A stretch of DNA of 64,000 nucleotides. Origin: Tubulanus polymorphus (taxonomy: Eukaryota > Animalia > Nemertea). Below the pieces are notes generated by a model. That model worked only from the letters and a program-made list of their open reading frames with translations, did not search any database and was not told where the DNA came from. Where the stretch lies: assembly GCF_964204645.1 (NCBI RefSeq), contig NC_134032.1, positions 1,422,416 through 1,486,415 of the forward strand, given 5' to 3'. Below, one piece after another: positions 13,422-26,900 of the stretch (positions are counted from its first letter, which is position 1; every line of letters begins with the position of its first letter). The position numbers and the translations under genes were made by a program.

Positions 13422-13979
13422 CTCTCTACCCGGACTGTCTACTCGGACTGTCTACCCGGACTGTCTACCCGGACTGTCTACCCGGACTGTCTACCCGGAC
13501 TCTCTACCCGGACTCTCCACCCGGACTCTTCACCCGGACTCTACACCGGACTCTCCACCCGAACTCTCTACCCGGACTCAACACTCGGACTCTCTACCCG
13601 GACTCTATTCCGAATTCTCTACCCGGACTCTACACCGAATTCTCTACCCGGACTCTACACCGGACTCTCCACCCGGACTCTACACCCGGGCTCTCCACCC
13701 GAACTCTCCACCCGGACTCTCTACCCGGACTCTACACCGGACTCCCTACCCGGACTCTACACCGGACTCTCTACCCGGACTCTCCACCCGGACTCTCTAC
13801 CCGGACTCTCCACCCGGACTCTCTACCCGGACTCTACACCGGACTCTCTACCCGGACTCTACACCGGACTCTCCACCCGGACTCTCCACCCGGACTCTAC
13901 ACCCGGGCTCTCCACCCGAACTCTCCACCCGGACTCTACACCCGGGCTCTCCACCCGGACTCTCCACCCGGACTCTACA
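13422..13979. repeat. 12/13-bp variant minisatellite
   Basis: Interspersed CCCGGACTCTCTA, CCCGGACTCTCCA, CCCGGACTGTCTA and CCGGACTCTACA units; source of the 262-aa and 222-aa ORFs. Confidence 0.97.
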
Positions 13980-14858
13980 TCCTCGATCTACCGCGAAATG
14001 GTGATTTTTCCTATTTTTTCCCGTCGCTCGATCGAATCGACTGAGTACAAGCGGCAGTGATTCTCGTATTACGCGCGGAACAACTAGAAAAACAGCGCGT
14101 TTTTCTGAACGTTCACCGGCGCTGTATAATGTTCTACACAACTAACTCATCATCTACGCGCCATAAAAACGGACCTCCTAGTTATATAAACCAATCTACA
14201 ACGACTTGACACCTGCGTTATACCACTGGGCTACACGTAACTACACTAAAACTGTATTAGCTAATTTTTATTTCAAGAAATTCGAGTCGAGCTTTGGCTC
14301 AACGGCGAATCAGACGAACGTTAACGCCGTCGATCTATCTCTTAAGCCACTCTAAACTGACCATTTTAAAGAGAGTGGTGTGGTGTAGACCAGTGAGAGA
14401 TACTGACTGTGACTCAGGCAGCAGCAGGCAGCACCAGTTCCTCTCGATATATACGGATAGCGGCTGATGATATTTCGAAGATGTTGCTCGATGCAATGTC
14501 GTCGATACACACATCACTTTAGTTTTATTTGCATTGATAGTCACAGTATGTTTGTATACTGGTAATATTGAGATTAACCCTTTACGCTTCGAGTGACGTC
14601 TCCATCGATTCGAGCGGCGTTTATTCGTTGCAGCTGCAGCAACAACAGCTGTAATGAGCTGCCGCCGCTGCATCTTCCCTTCTCGCCTGATGGTTAATGC
14701 CAAGGTTGAAAAACCGTATTCAATTCATATCTCTTTGAATATCGGTACAACCCGCGCTATCGGAAGACTCTCAGTAATCTCGAGCTCACCATATACACTC
14801 ACTGACCAGACATTTATTCGATATTTATTGGGCCAACTGGATACGGGGTTAAGAAGTC

Positions 14859-15152
14859 CAAGCCCGTTGCCAGGATTTTGAAAGGGGCGTTCTCATATTA
14901 TAAAAAGGGCACTTTTGCATGTTTTGCATCCCAGGAAAGCGAGCACCATATATGCTAAAAATACAGGATTCAGGCTAGGTGCGACAGCTGGCAGCTGAGT
15001 CGCCGGTGAGATGCCGTGGCCTACACTGAACATCTCAAGTGGTGCCGGTCTCTGAACCGGTTACATAGGCTAAGAATTACCAAAATCACGAAGGGCACTT
15101 TCTAAAAAAAGGGCGTTCGTTCGAACAGGCGAACCCCCTGGTTACGGGCTTG
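14859..15152. mobile_element. Non-autonomous DNA transposon (hAT-like MITE)
   Basis: TIRs CAAGCCCGTTGCCAGG / CCTGGTTACGGGCTTG (14/16); internal AAGGGCACTTT twice; 8-bp flanks match only 5/8. Confidence 0.7.
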
Positions 15153-16462
15153 CAGGTGTCATCGATGAATGGTGCGACATCCTGTCAGGACATGATCAAA
15201 ACTGCGATATGTAAATAACATATTCGAACTATGATGACATCATTTACCTCCGTTTTAGTTAAGGTCACGTAATTGAAAAATCCGGCTCCACAGTAAAACT
15301 CGACTCGTGGTCAACTCATCGAAAATGAACCAGTTTTCGATCAGTGTTTTAGCCTGAAACTCGCGCGCGACTCGCCGTTAATTTCCGTGATTCTCTTTGT
15401 GATAATCTTTAGTACGAACAATTCGAAACGAATGAACCCGGTCTGATTTGCAGAAGACAAACGGCGGTAAATAAAGCGCTATTTACTGACAGGATTCGGC
15501 TGCAAATTAGTAGTTTATCTATCATCACGCCGCTCCTCAGTGCCGAGCTGCAAACTCCGCGCCAACCTGAAACGATGTTATGTTTTCTGGTTTGATCTAC
15601 TGTTATTAACGTGATGCTGTGTGGTAATAATTAATGGAACCCGCTTCTGTCTTATAGAGTCTCAAAGTCACTGCTGATTGGTGGAAAATTACGTCGTTTG
15701 ATGTAAATGTAAATCGATTTGTAGCTCGTCGATTTTCTGTTTTTTTCGATCGACCTTTGAAGTAGTTCTCGAGTTGGTAGGGCATGGAATACGGCCCTTA
15801 ATCGCGAGATACGACACAGGCAAGGTGACGAAAACCGGAGCGAATATCAACCACGCTCATTCTAACCACCAATTGATATCGAAAATCCCATACTCTGAAA
15901 ATAAAAACCAGTCCAGTTTCCTTAAATTAATGATTTATTTCATCATATCTGTTTAATGTTGTATCTACCCTAGCCGCCAGCCCCCCCCCAAAAAAAACTG
16001 GAAAATAGTCCGATGAGATTTCCTTTTAGGTATTAATAATCCATTTGCGACGCAGTCATCTTCCGGAAAACTGAGGTTACAACATAATCGTGGCACCAGT
16101 AAGCGCTCAACAACTTAATTAAAAAAATTCACGAGTATACTGTGAGAACCATTGTCAGACGGGTTACAGACACAATGACTGACAAACTTAGTACCCGACG
16201 ACATGTTTGAGTGACACAAATAGATTATTAATGAGAATTGTCTACAGCTAATTACTGTGAATAGTTTGACATATCGATCATGATTTAAGTACATATTCAT
16301 ATCCACATTTCATATTGTTAAACCTGTGTCGTATTAAGTAATCCATCTTCAAATAAATAAATACCTAATTCAGCGCGTTCTGTGGCGAAATGTTGTGAAT
16401 GTGTTGATTGAAATCAACCGCGGAACGAGTTTCTGAAAGCTTTTATTTTAATTTTCTTTTTC

Positions 16463-16465
<3 letters not shown>

Positions 16466-16549
<84 letters not shown>
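16466..16549. repeat. (AT)n microsatellite
   Basis: About 42 perfect units. Confidence 0.99.
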
Positions 16550-16552
<3 letters not shown>

Positions 16553-16560
16553 AGCAGTAT

Positions 16561-16629
16561 ATCGAAGCTTCTTCCCCAGTCTCTCTTTCTTTGGGAAAAA
16601 GAAAGAGAGACTAGGGAAGAAGCTTCGAT
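16561..16629. repeat. 32-bp-arm inverted repeat, 5-nt loop
   Basis: 16561-16592 versus 16598-16629, one mismatch. Confidence 0.95.
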
Positions 16630-16710
16630 CAAGAAACTCTGTCGCCACCGGGGTTTGAACCCATTGACGAGACCAGCGACCGGCGGCTTAAACCATGCGG
16701 CCATCTCCCA
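16622..16710 (-). mobile_element. tRNA-derived SINE head, family A
   Basis: Minus strand TGGCCGCATGGTTTAAGCCGCCGGTCGCTGGTCTCGTCAATGGGTTCAAACCCCGGTGGCGACAGAG; homologous to 5079-5180. Confidence 0.75.
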
Positions 16711-18212
16711 ATAAGGAACAAGTACTTGTTCCTTATTCTCAATAAGTAACGAAAATTGAACCGGTAAAGACGAAAATCTGAATAAGGAACAAGAACAAGT
16801 TACTTGTTCCTTATTGGGAGATGAATTCTCAATATTTGTAAGCACGCTTATCTGTGTATGTACAAGACCTGGGTTTAGTTCCCGGTAAGTTATGTGCGTA
16901 TCATTTCACGTCTTAATCGGTAACGGAACTAGGCCTTAACGAGGCCGCGCTCAGTAACAACCCGGAGTTGTGTCGGCGTTTAGAATCTTGAAAATCGCTC
17001 GTCGTGTACGGATCTTGATACTAGCTTTACGATTGACCGCACGGTTCGACGCACCCAGAGAAATGTACGATGGTTTATTGGCCGTGGCCACGCCCTTCTC
17101 GTCGCCTGGTATTTCTAGGAGCGATGTATGGATCGCGCCTATTCTGTATAGAACACACAATAGTCACGACCAGAGTGTGAGCGTTTTTTCTACTGCTGGC
17201 TGTAGTGAATCCATCTCTCTCTCACTCGTTCGTAGACGATATCGATTTGAGATCTCTGCGCATATCTACGGAAATCCATGATATCTAATATGGCTGCTAT
17301 ATGGCGTATAGTCACCGCGAAAAGTTAAATGCTAATATCTGTATGTGAAAACCACGGTATCGACGGGGGGGGGGGGGGGGTTGGGTTAGCCCAGAAATTT
17401 AATACTTTGCAATTAATTGTCGGTTTGTATAGTGAGCACAAATAAATGTAGAAATGTTGTTTATTTGAAGCCGTGAAAACACGCCGGATTGGGGTAACAC
17501 GCGTGAATGGAAGATGGCCACGGAAAAATTGATTAATTCCTGAATTAGTTTAGGTAAATCATTTCGCGTGGAATTCATTAACGCGAATGACTCATCTACT
17601 AAGATACTTCCCAAACAGGAGTCAAACTTCAAGTCGAGCTCTGTTCTAGTCCTTGAGCTATGCAGCCTGCTAGATGTAACCTGTCGCTATTGCTGCAGAT
17701 GATGTGCTGAAATGTACCTGTTTACGACTGACGCCGTAGATCGCTCCAGTTCACGCAGATAGCTATCAGAGTTGGGTAAAGTCTTGTTACCGGTGAAGAT
17801 AAGACCGATGATAATATGAGCAATTTGTAAAATGGCATTTCGAACGTATAAACATGTTTAAAGTGCATCTTCCGCGAAATACTATCGAAACAGCGATATT
17901 TTCACTGGTTTGCTATCAGCTGTAGATTGCCTGCGTAAAAATAGGACAATTCAATCAAAGTTCATTTCATATCTTATCAAATTTGATATAGATTTTTAGA
18001 TATTTGGCAAGTCATGCCTCGGGATAAACTCACATTGATCTTCAGGTTTATTGTTCCTTATTCGTGGAATCTGAGGAATTATGGATAGATTTTCGAATAA
18101 ATCTAAGAAGAAATTCTTCGTCGGACCACTCTAAGCGAATGTAGTGTATCTTTGCTTCAGTCGAACGCAGAGCCCTTATTGGTGAATGCGATAAGTCAAC
18201 CCAGTTTCGTAA

Positions 18213-19263
18213 CTACGACCTGAGCGCCCCCTGGTGAAGTCTTGGTATCCAGTGAGGACGCCTTCTAGGTCGATAAGTGATCAGTTTGATCATGTGAGGC
18301 ATTGTTTAAGGTTGACATTAAAACTTTGTTCCTCGTGATAAACATATGAGGGCGGCGTATCGGGGGTTGACAGTGGAACCTCGTTACAGGAGGTCAATAC
18401 ACAGAATGGTGATATAAATTGCGCAATAAATGACAGTAAAATAATGAATAATGAATTCCAAAAATAAGTAATAATTAATACATGGTAATTCAATAAATGC
18501 TACACCGAAATTCAGTTTTAATAAATCATATTCAATATCACGTTTTGATAAACAGTCGACACGAGCATCTCCGCCATACGCAGCAGTCTACGAGCAGGCT
18601 AATGACGTCACGCCTATGATCTAAGCGCCCCCTGGGATCGGTAAACGAACTATCGCAGTGTCAGACCGTATACGCGCTGTATCTGGTTTCAAAGCGAGTC
18701 GATCGATAATTGAAACGCAGTATAAACCCGTGTGTATAGTGTGATTAATGTATTCGTATATTATTCTCACTAGCCGGAAGTGATCCATCTTACAAGCGAA
18801 AATACGACTTTACAGTTCATTCACTGTGACGTCACACACTCTCTCCCTCACACGCGATTATTGCGAAATATTGTACAATTTTCATTTAGTTTGGTTCCGT
18901 ATCCCGACTGTGTTGAGACAACCACGCTGCTGACCTAAGTGAATAGTTCCTCACTCGCGGAAAAGAATCCATTCTAACGGCGGCCTCCGGTTACAAAGAT
19001 TCCAATATTTGCGATAACTCTTACTGTAACAATATTCCATAAATCTAATTCACAATAGATTCTCATCTTTGTCTTTGGAATCTTTGTTCTGGTCTACTCT
19101 ATTCTTTTTCGCTGCCTGCGTGCTTGCAGTAGCGTTTTTTCGGTTTTTGCTTGGCCCTCGTGAGAAAAACGTCATATTGTTTGCTTGTAATTATGTATCG
19201 AAAATCCTTATTCCATGTTTTTCGTACGTAATGAATTTGTGAGCAACTGCAGCGCCCCCTGGT
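18213..19263 (-). promoter_or_regulatory. Three co-oriented CTCF-like core motifs
   Basis: AGCGCCCCCTGG (reverse of CCAGGGGGCGCT) at 18223, 18624 and 19251; motif match only. Confidence 0.45.
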
Positions 19264-19778
19264 TCAGTTTTTTATAACGTGGTATCGGGGTCGGTCGATC
19301 AGTGATTGAATTCTAACTCACAGGCGCCAGCGCGCATCTGTTCCAGCGCGCACCTGTTCTAGCGTTTTCGTGCTATTCAGAGATGTACCAAATTGAAAGG
19401 TTACGTCGGTTGCGCAATATCTGTTTACTATACCGATATTTCTAATTAGGCGGTAGCGCACAATATGTAGCTAGTATAAACACATGAGTTTGAAGTTCAC
19501 CTTCGGCCCCGGTCCCCTACAGTTGCTCCTACCTACGAGCAATATTATCTGTTCAGATAATTGCTTGTAGCTCCTACCGTGAATATGTCCTAGTTCATCA
19601 AGTATATAGAGGGGTAAAACACAGAATTGTCGACAGATTCCCAGATGAAGAAACATTCGTTAGAGTAAAATGCCGATATTTTATCGATAACTGGAAATTG
19701 ATTGAATATTCTGTGCCGTCAAAAATCGGTAGAAATAAAAACTAATGGGCCTTATACATGCCTAACGAGAAATCTAAC

Positions 19779-19965
19779 TTGACGCCTTGAACAATAACAC
19801 ATTTATTGCTTAATATCGTCGACGATAAATCATATAGTCCTATTATGAATTATATGATATCAAGGACCAATAAAGTTATTTGAATATATTTGAATTGGAT
19901 TGACCGGCAACCAGTCCAGCAACGAAATATCGATGACGTAGTGTACGTCCTCTCAAAGATGATTG
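19779..19965 (+). mobile_element. Dispersed repeat family B, copy 2
   Basis: Colinear similarity to 7300-7495. Confidence 0.8.
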
Positions 19966-20374
19966 AAAAATTTATCGGAAATGAAATAAGACATATGGAA
20001 TATAGTAAACATCATAATTCACAACGATTTGAAATGCCAATATTGATGACGTATACTCACACAGAGCCCCTAATGAATTATGCAAAGTAGTTTACATAAT
20101 AAACATAATTGTAACGGTTTTTACGGTTTCCGGGTTCCAGTTCTTGACCCGTCGCGCATTGTGACGGCTGATATACGATGATTTGAAAGTAGAAAAGTTG
20201 AAGTTGTGTTCAATCGGTGCAGAACAGTTGCGTTAAAATCTCCGGGCAAACACGTACACGTCTCTACCTGACGAGCGAAACATCAGTAACGAGGATGTTA
20301 ACATCCTCCGTTAAACACCGGTTTATACTCGATCCATTAGAAATGTATGCATTGATACACCGACCCGAGTGGTA

Positions 20375-20401
20375 AGATAAGATAAGATAAGATAAGATAA
20401 G
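20375..20401. repeat. (GATAA)n microsatellite
   Basis: About 5 units. Confidence 0.9.
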
Positions 20402-20658
20402 TAGCACACGTTATCACACCTCGATAGTTCTGCGATTGTCTGCACGTTCGACTGTGGCAATCGGGGATTCCGCCTGGTGTCGCCGGTGTGCATTCAGACA
20501 ACGATGGTAGATGTCTTCTCAGATTCAAGTTAAAAGTCTTTTCATAATTTTCATAAATTCTTCGAATAGGGACACATTTTCATGGACTCGCGGCAACTGA
20601 TCGACCACGATTCTGGTTCTGTTTTTTTATTCAGGTTTTTCAGGAAACTCTTTACTCT

Positions 20659-20934
20659 TGTGACGTATTGGGGCATATTGTGACGTATTGGGGGCATATT
20701 GTGACGTTTTGTGACATATTGGGGGCATATTGTGACGTATTTCGACGTATTGGGGGCATTTTGTGACGTATTCCGACGTATTGGGGGCATATTGTGACGT
20801 ATTTCGACGTATTGGGGGCATATTGTGACGTATTTCGACGTATTGGGGGCATATTGTGACGTATTTCGGCGTATTGGAGGCATATTGTGACGTATTTCGA
20901 CGTATTGGGGGCATATTGTGACGTTTTGTGACGA
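20659..20934. repeat. 31-bp minisatellite (about 8 copies plus partials)
   Basis: Unit GTGACGTATTTCGACGTATTGGGGGCATATT. Confidence 0.96.
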
Positions 20935-21453
20935 AGGCTGCTCGAATATCGATGAATAATAACCCTACAATTATGTAAAGTAAAACTGATTGAATCACGC
21001 GTTTGGTGAAATTCGATGATGCTCATTTAAAATATTCGTGTATCAATGATATCCAATGTTTTGTTACGGAAGCGGTGCTGTAACACGTGTCACGTGTTCA
21101 GGGTAAACGCGGTGGAAGTCGAAATACCTTGAACGAGGAGAAGGTAAAACCGTTCCCGAATTCTTTGTTGATTACAGTAAACCTCGACTGGCAAACTTAG
21201 ACCGCGATTAGAGGCTTAAGCTACGAGTAATTATTTCTCATAGGTTACAGTGTTGGTGTAGGGTAGGGAGAGGGAGAGAGGGAGAGAGAGATAGCGCACT
21301 GTCACTGCAACCGTGTGGAACATGATTTACATCACCGCGCTTCAATTACAACTAAAACCATTAAAACTGATTTGTGCAGAGTTTATTGCGTCTGTTTTTC
21401 AGTTTAATTAGGAGAATGAGATTTGTATCAAACCGCAGTGAATATCGCGTAAG

Positions 21454-21878
21454 CAGTATCAGGTCTCTACCGCGCAGTATCAGGTCTCTACCGTACAGTA
21501 TCAGGTCTCTACCGTACAGTACCAGGTCTCTACCGTACAGTACCAGGTCTCTACCGTACAGTACCAGGTCTCTACCGTACAGTACCAGGTCTCTACCGTA
21601 CAGTATCAGGTCTCTACCGTACAGTACCAGGTCTCTACCGTACAGTACCAGGTCTCTACCGTACAGTACCAGGTCTCTACCGCGCAGTATCAGGTCTCTA
21701 CCGTACAGTATCAGGTCTCTACCGTACAGTATCAGGTCTCTACCGTACAGTACCAGGTCTCTACCGTACAGTACCAGGTCTCTACCGTACAGTATCAGGT
21801 CTCTACCGTACAGTACTAGGTCTCTACCGTACAGTACCAGGTCTCAACCGTGCAGTATTAGGCCTTTACCGTGCAGTG
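21454..21878. repeat. 21-bp minisatellite (about 20 copies)
   Basis: Unit CAGTACCAGGTCTCTACCGTA; gives the RSLPYST ORF. Confidence 0.97.
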
Positions 21879-22554
21879 CACGTTAAAACTGCAGAGAATT
21901 ATATTTTGGGAAATGTTTACATGACATTCACAAATTATTCCATTTCACATTTATGCGTACGAGTATGTTATTATACGAATGATTGATATTCTGCGCAGTA
22001 TGCTGATTATCTAAAGCGACTGCGAACACGTGGACGCGCAGTTACACCGATACAAGATAGAAAAATGAATAATAAAAATGTTCAATCAACTCACAACCTC
22101 CAGGAAGAACTACACGGAAAATAGTATATAATACAAGACTTTCGGAACATTGAGCCAAACATAACAAACCTCAGCAGTGAAATCGCAGCGGCCCGGGTTA
22201 TAATACATCAGATAGTTACTAATGTTTTATGTGGATCAGAAGAATAACAAACCGGGCTCCTACAAACGTATCGTCTCAAATATTCGGTGAGCGCGTTGAG
22301 AGAGAGAGAGAGAGAAGGGGGGATTATATATCTCTCTCCTAGACCTACGCAATCTCTATATCGTCCGCCAGTGTGTATGGACGGCCATTCCCCCCCAAAA
22401 AATCAGCTTTTCGTCTAAGATTTGTCAATACTTATATAAAAACTTATAGTCTACCGCTAAAAGTAATGTCGGCTATTTGTCTATTGGTATTTGATAAGTA
22501 CAAGCTACCAAAGTTTTGTTGTGTACCATTATATGATTTGATATACGACTCAAG

Positions 22555-22646
22555 TGTCTGCTGTAGTGAGTGGTGGTCACGTGGCTATGTATGCTGTAGT
22601 GAGTGGTGGTCACGTGGCTATGTCTGCTGTAGTGAGTGGTGGTCAT
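22555..22646. repeat. 33-bp tandem repeat (about 2.8 copies)
   Basis: TGTCTGCTGTAGTGAGTGGTGGTCACGTGGCTA. Confidence 0.9.
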
Positions 22647-23294
22647 CAGTTAATTTGTATCGATTGTTATTTATTTACTCTATTTACAATTCAATCTGCG
22701 ACGTTAATTATAAGACTGACCACTGATTACTCATCCTATTGACTGATACAGCACGAGCCTCTGTAGCCGTAGTCTGCATCTACCTCCCTGCATCTTTCTC
22801 CCCTCATCCTCATCGCTTCTCTCGTCCTGCAGCTCCCTCCCCGTATCCGCTACCAGCTTCTTCATCACTCCCTGCCCATTTCAGCATCACCTTTACTTCT
22901 TAAGATCCAGTGACCAGTAACCCATATTTTAATCGAATTAGCATGATTATCATAATCATGAAAATTATGTTAATAATTATTATTACTTGTGTTCAGTTCA
23001 CCAAAATTATAGGTCATATATGTTAAAAAAACAACTGCTAGTACTGATAGGTGATTTGATGAGGTACGAGCCAATATGTGAAACATTCGGTGGCAAGTGA
23101 AATCCTCTGTCCGTCTAATAGGCATATCCACGACGACATACGTTCAGTACTGTAAGCCGCTCGACGTCGACGTAAATTCATTATGTGAGGAAATCCCGTG
23201 TTAAACCTGACCGTATCAATCTGGTCAAACCCCGTAATCACATTTCAGTCGTACTATTCATTCTGTCGTCTCTCCCAGCGGAGTAGTTGCGTGT

Positions 23295-23646
23295 TAGCGG
23301 TTAGAGCGCTCAGCTCCCGGATACCGGGTCGTGGGGGTTCGGCGTGGTGTGGGTCGGAGTGGTTAGAGCGCTCAGTTCCCGGATACCGGGTCGTGGGTTC
23401 GGTGTGGCGGGTCGGAGCGGTTAGAGCGCTCAGCTCCCGGATACCAGGTCGTGGGTTCGGTGTGGTGTGGGTCGGAGCGGTTAGAGCGCTCAGTTCCCGG
23501 ATACCTTGTCGTGGGTTCGGTGTGGTGTAGGTCGGAGCGGTTAGAGCGCTCAGTTCCCGGATACCGGGTCGTGGGTTCGGTGTGGTGTGGGTCGGAGCGG
23601 TTAGAGCGCTCAGTTCCCGGATACCGGGTCGTGGGTTCGAACTCCG
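23295..23646 (+). repeat. Tandem array of six tRNA-like ~60-bp units
   Basis: Unit GGTGTGGTGTGGGTCGGAGCGGTTAGAGCGCTCAGTTCCCGGATACCGGGTCGTGGGTTC; only the last completes GGTTCGAACTCC. Confidence 0.85.
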
Positions 23647-23690
23647 TATATTACTGTATCATATCGGTTTTATCACCTCTCTACAGAGAG

Positions 23691-23983
23691 CAGGGGCATG
23701 TTGTGACCATGTCGACCAATAGAAAGGGCATATATTCTTAATTTAGGGCGGAAAGGCATACCAGCAAAATTTTTGAAATTTTACTATCATTTGAGAGCTT
23801 TCTGAGCATCTCTGAAAGGCATTTAGAAGTCAAGAAACATAGGTTATATATTAAGGAAAAATATCTATTGTGTATCTCAGGTGGTTACAACGGCAAATTT
23901 TGATACGGAGAAAAAATAAAAAGGCACTTTGAAATTCCGACCGTGTCGGGCGACACGGTCGACACGGTCTAAATCCGCCCCTG
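23691..23983. mobile_element. Degenerate hAT-like MITE
   Basis: Left CAGGGGCatgttgtGACCATGTCGACC aligns without gaps to the reverse complement of the right end CAGGGGCggatttaGACCGTGTCGACC. Confidence 0.6.
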
Positions 23984-26900
23984 GCAATTGGCATCTGGTC
24001 CGATTGCTGATTCTTTAAGATCGCATGAATAGGATTCTAGAGTTGTATTGATATCATTTATACTATATCATCATCTACTGTTATTGATTAATCAAACTTC
24101 AGTTGTTAATCGTTTCTTGTTTTTTAAAGCTCTTCACAACATTTCTTCATTCAACCTTCAGATCACCGCTGTCTCCTTACGTTACGTTACCAGCACGTTC
24201 TCTTCTTTCTAAGGCAGAATTCTTCAAGTCAATCTTACGCGTGAGATAATGAAGGCAGAGGTTTTAAAATCCCAACACCGACAACTTAAATCCTAATCTC
24301 GAATAATACCCAGCCATATGTAAAAAACATCCGGTCTATTGATGCTTGCAAATGTAATCTTAAAACTTCCAAATTAATAATATTTCGAAGTGCAAATACG
24401 CCCCCTGGCGATGGAAAATTATTAAAGGAAAATGTAAATTCTTAGTCAATTGAAATCAAACTTTGATGACTTTTTCTTTAACGTTCAATCGGAAAATACT
24501 AAGTGTGTTGCTGAATGATGCGGCATACTTCAAATATGATATTCAAATACTTGACTGTTTCAACCCTGACAGTAGCGCGATACAGACGCCACCGCTGAGT
24601 GTAGCGATCCGCTTTCAAACATTAAACATTCAATAAAGTAGATACTGCTGGTGATGTGTTTCGAGAGATTGTTGACGTGGCGCCCGCGAATGTACGATAT
24701 GTTTTTTTTTTAAACCACTTGTAGTTTGAAGCTACGGGGCTTTCATGATAATATCGATTTAGTTCGACCTTGGACCCAGTTCCCGAGTTTTACGAGTAAA
24801 ATTCGACATTGAATACATATAATGTCAAGGTTGTGATGTATGTTTATTTTCAACTCAGTTCTCTGTTGCATTTGAGACCTCGGTTTAATCCACGGTTATC
24901 ACAATGGCGGACGGTTCAGCGCGGCCAAATCTACCATAGTCGTGAAAAGTCCATCAAAAATATGTTTTTATTCAGTAACACAATGCACGTTGATTAGCAT
25001 ATTATGAATAGCATTGATGACGCAATTTCCACGACCAAATCTGCTTTGTACGGGCACCTGTCCTATTTGAAATTTATAATTTTTCAATAATTGCTGAATT
25101 CTAATTAAATTCAGTCGCTCACGGTAAATGTTTTATTCGTTAATGCATCGCGTTCTAAACCTCCTTATAAACAATATTCTAATAAAACGCGGTGGGTTTG
25201 ACCTTTTCAAATATAATCTTCGTTGTTAAAACGATATAATGAAACGGCGCGTTCGAGATGCTGTTCGAAGGTCATGTGATTACCGATGACAACGATCCTG
25301 CTCATTTCTAGTGACAACAGCTATCCCGAATTATTGTGAAACCAGGCCCTATACGGTTACCTGTCTACATGGCTCGCAATACTCGACGTTTAAGCACACC
25401 GCCGGGAATCGTAGAGAGAATATCGTGTTATTCGCTTGTACCCCGAGAGAACCTGATGCAATTGAGAATCGTCTGGCTCGGCGTCGAGCGAGGAGTGTAA
25501 ATGCTTTGTTTATGCAGATGACAAGAACGCCGTATCTGAGTTGATGATCCCACTGCAATGTGCGCCGTGCCTGTTTAATAGATACTTACGTAGTCATATC
25601 GTCTGCGCGGGATCATCCGTCAACATTCATATGTACATTTATTCCTGTACTGGGACGACTGCAGTTGTGGCGCCCTCTTTTATCGTTAGCAAGCTCTAAT
25701 TCTGGGCCGTGTTGCTCAGATGTGTGAGAACTTTGTTTCGGATAATCGTCTTATCGCCATTACCTTCACACTATACTAGGTATGTTTGAGTCAGGAGATG
25801 TGATTGGTTGAATTGCGCTATATTCTAATGTATTAATTCGATTTTAATAAATTCTGTCTCATTTAACGCTGAATTTTTTGGTCACTATTTCTTCAGCAGC
25901 TGTTATCGAATGCTCGCTTAAATGATGATATCAACATTTCATTTACGAAATAACCTACAATAAGTGATATGATAGGCCCATATTGTGTCATGGTATGGAA
26001 TAATTTTCTGCACATTTCTTTCTGGTATTTTTACGTATGGTAAATTCTTACCTCTGGCATCATAACCGCTCCTGTACCGATCGTCCTGAGAGGTACAGGC
26101 TCTAGGATTTAGTGTGAGGGGTTCATTTTTGCGAAGGTCGAACTGCCACTTTTCTTGATACTAAGAGGGAGGGGTTTAGGGCGTCTGGAAAATCTTGGAA
26201 AAAGGCAAGTAGATGAGTTTTCAAAGGTTTCGAACAATCAAGAGGTCCGATCCCTTTGACATTTAGAGAATATTTGGGAGTCTTTATTTTATTTTGGGAG
26301 GCTATAAACTGCCCCAGGTTACAATCTTTACACCGCCGGGCAATGTGTGGATCTTATTCGGTATCTAACTGTATCATCGAATAGAATATTTTGGGAAGCG
26401 CTACCCTCCTGCTGGTGATGCAGTATCGGCTGCCCCACTCAGACCTGTATACGCATCAGCTCGTGATAAGTCGATAATGCATGCTGTTCTCGGGCGGGAC
26501 ACATCGTGTCGACACGAATGATAAAGTTGCCCCCGAGGAACTTATACTGAATCTGAGAATCACCCCGAGGATAATCAATACGCTATTAGACAGCCGTACT
26601 AATTCAGAGACAAGTGCTACACAAACCGACCATGAGCCGCGAACCATGCGAGCCATGTGCTACGGTACCCAGAAAGCGTCGCTGATGTTTCTAACATAAT
26701 CATCTAGCCATAAGCCATCCACGAGCCACGGGCCACGAGCCATCTTTTCGTCTGAAAATGAGGTTTTTGTTTTTAAATGGTCTAGTTTAAGGATAACAAT
26801 TCAGGAATTTTCTACGAAACGGAATTCAGAGACAGTTTGTTGTCGATGTCAGAAGGGATTCTATAGACCTTAAACCTCCGCGGGCCAGTCAATTTGACCA

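Noticed and set aside
13272-14060. 262-aa and 222-aa ORFs as real proteins
   Set aside because: They are translations of a 12/13-bp minisatellite, open in several frames.
20268-20286. Hammerhead core CTGACGA-GC-GAAAC
   Set aside because: No room for stem II.
22091-22112. miR-67/miR-307-like TCACAACCTCC (also miR-33-like at 36370, miR-8-like at 36514)
   Set aside because: Only 11-13 nt match and no complementary arm for a pre-miRNA hairpin.
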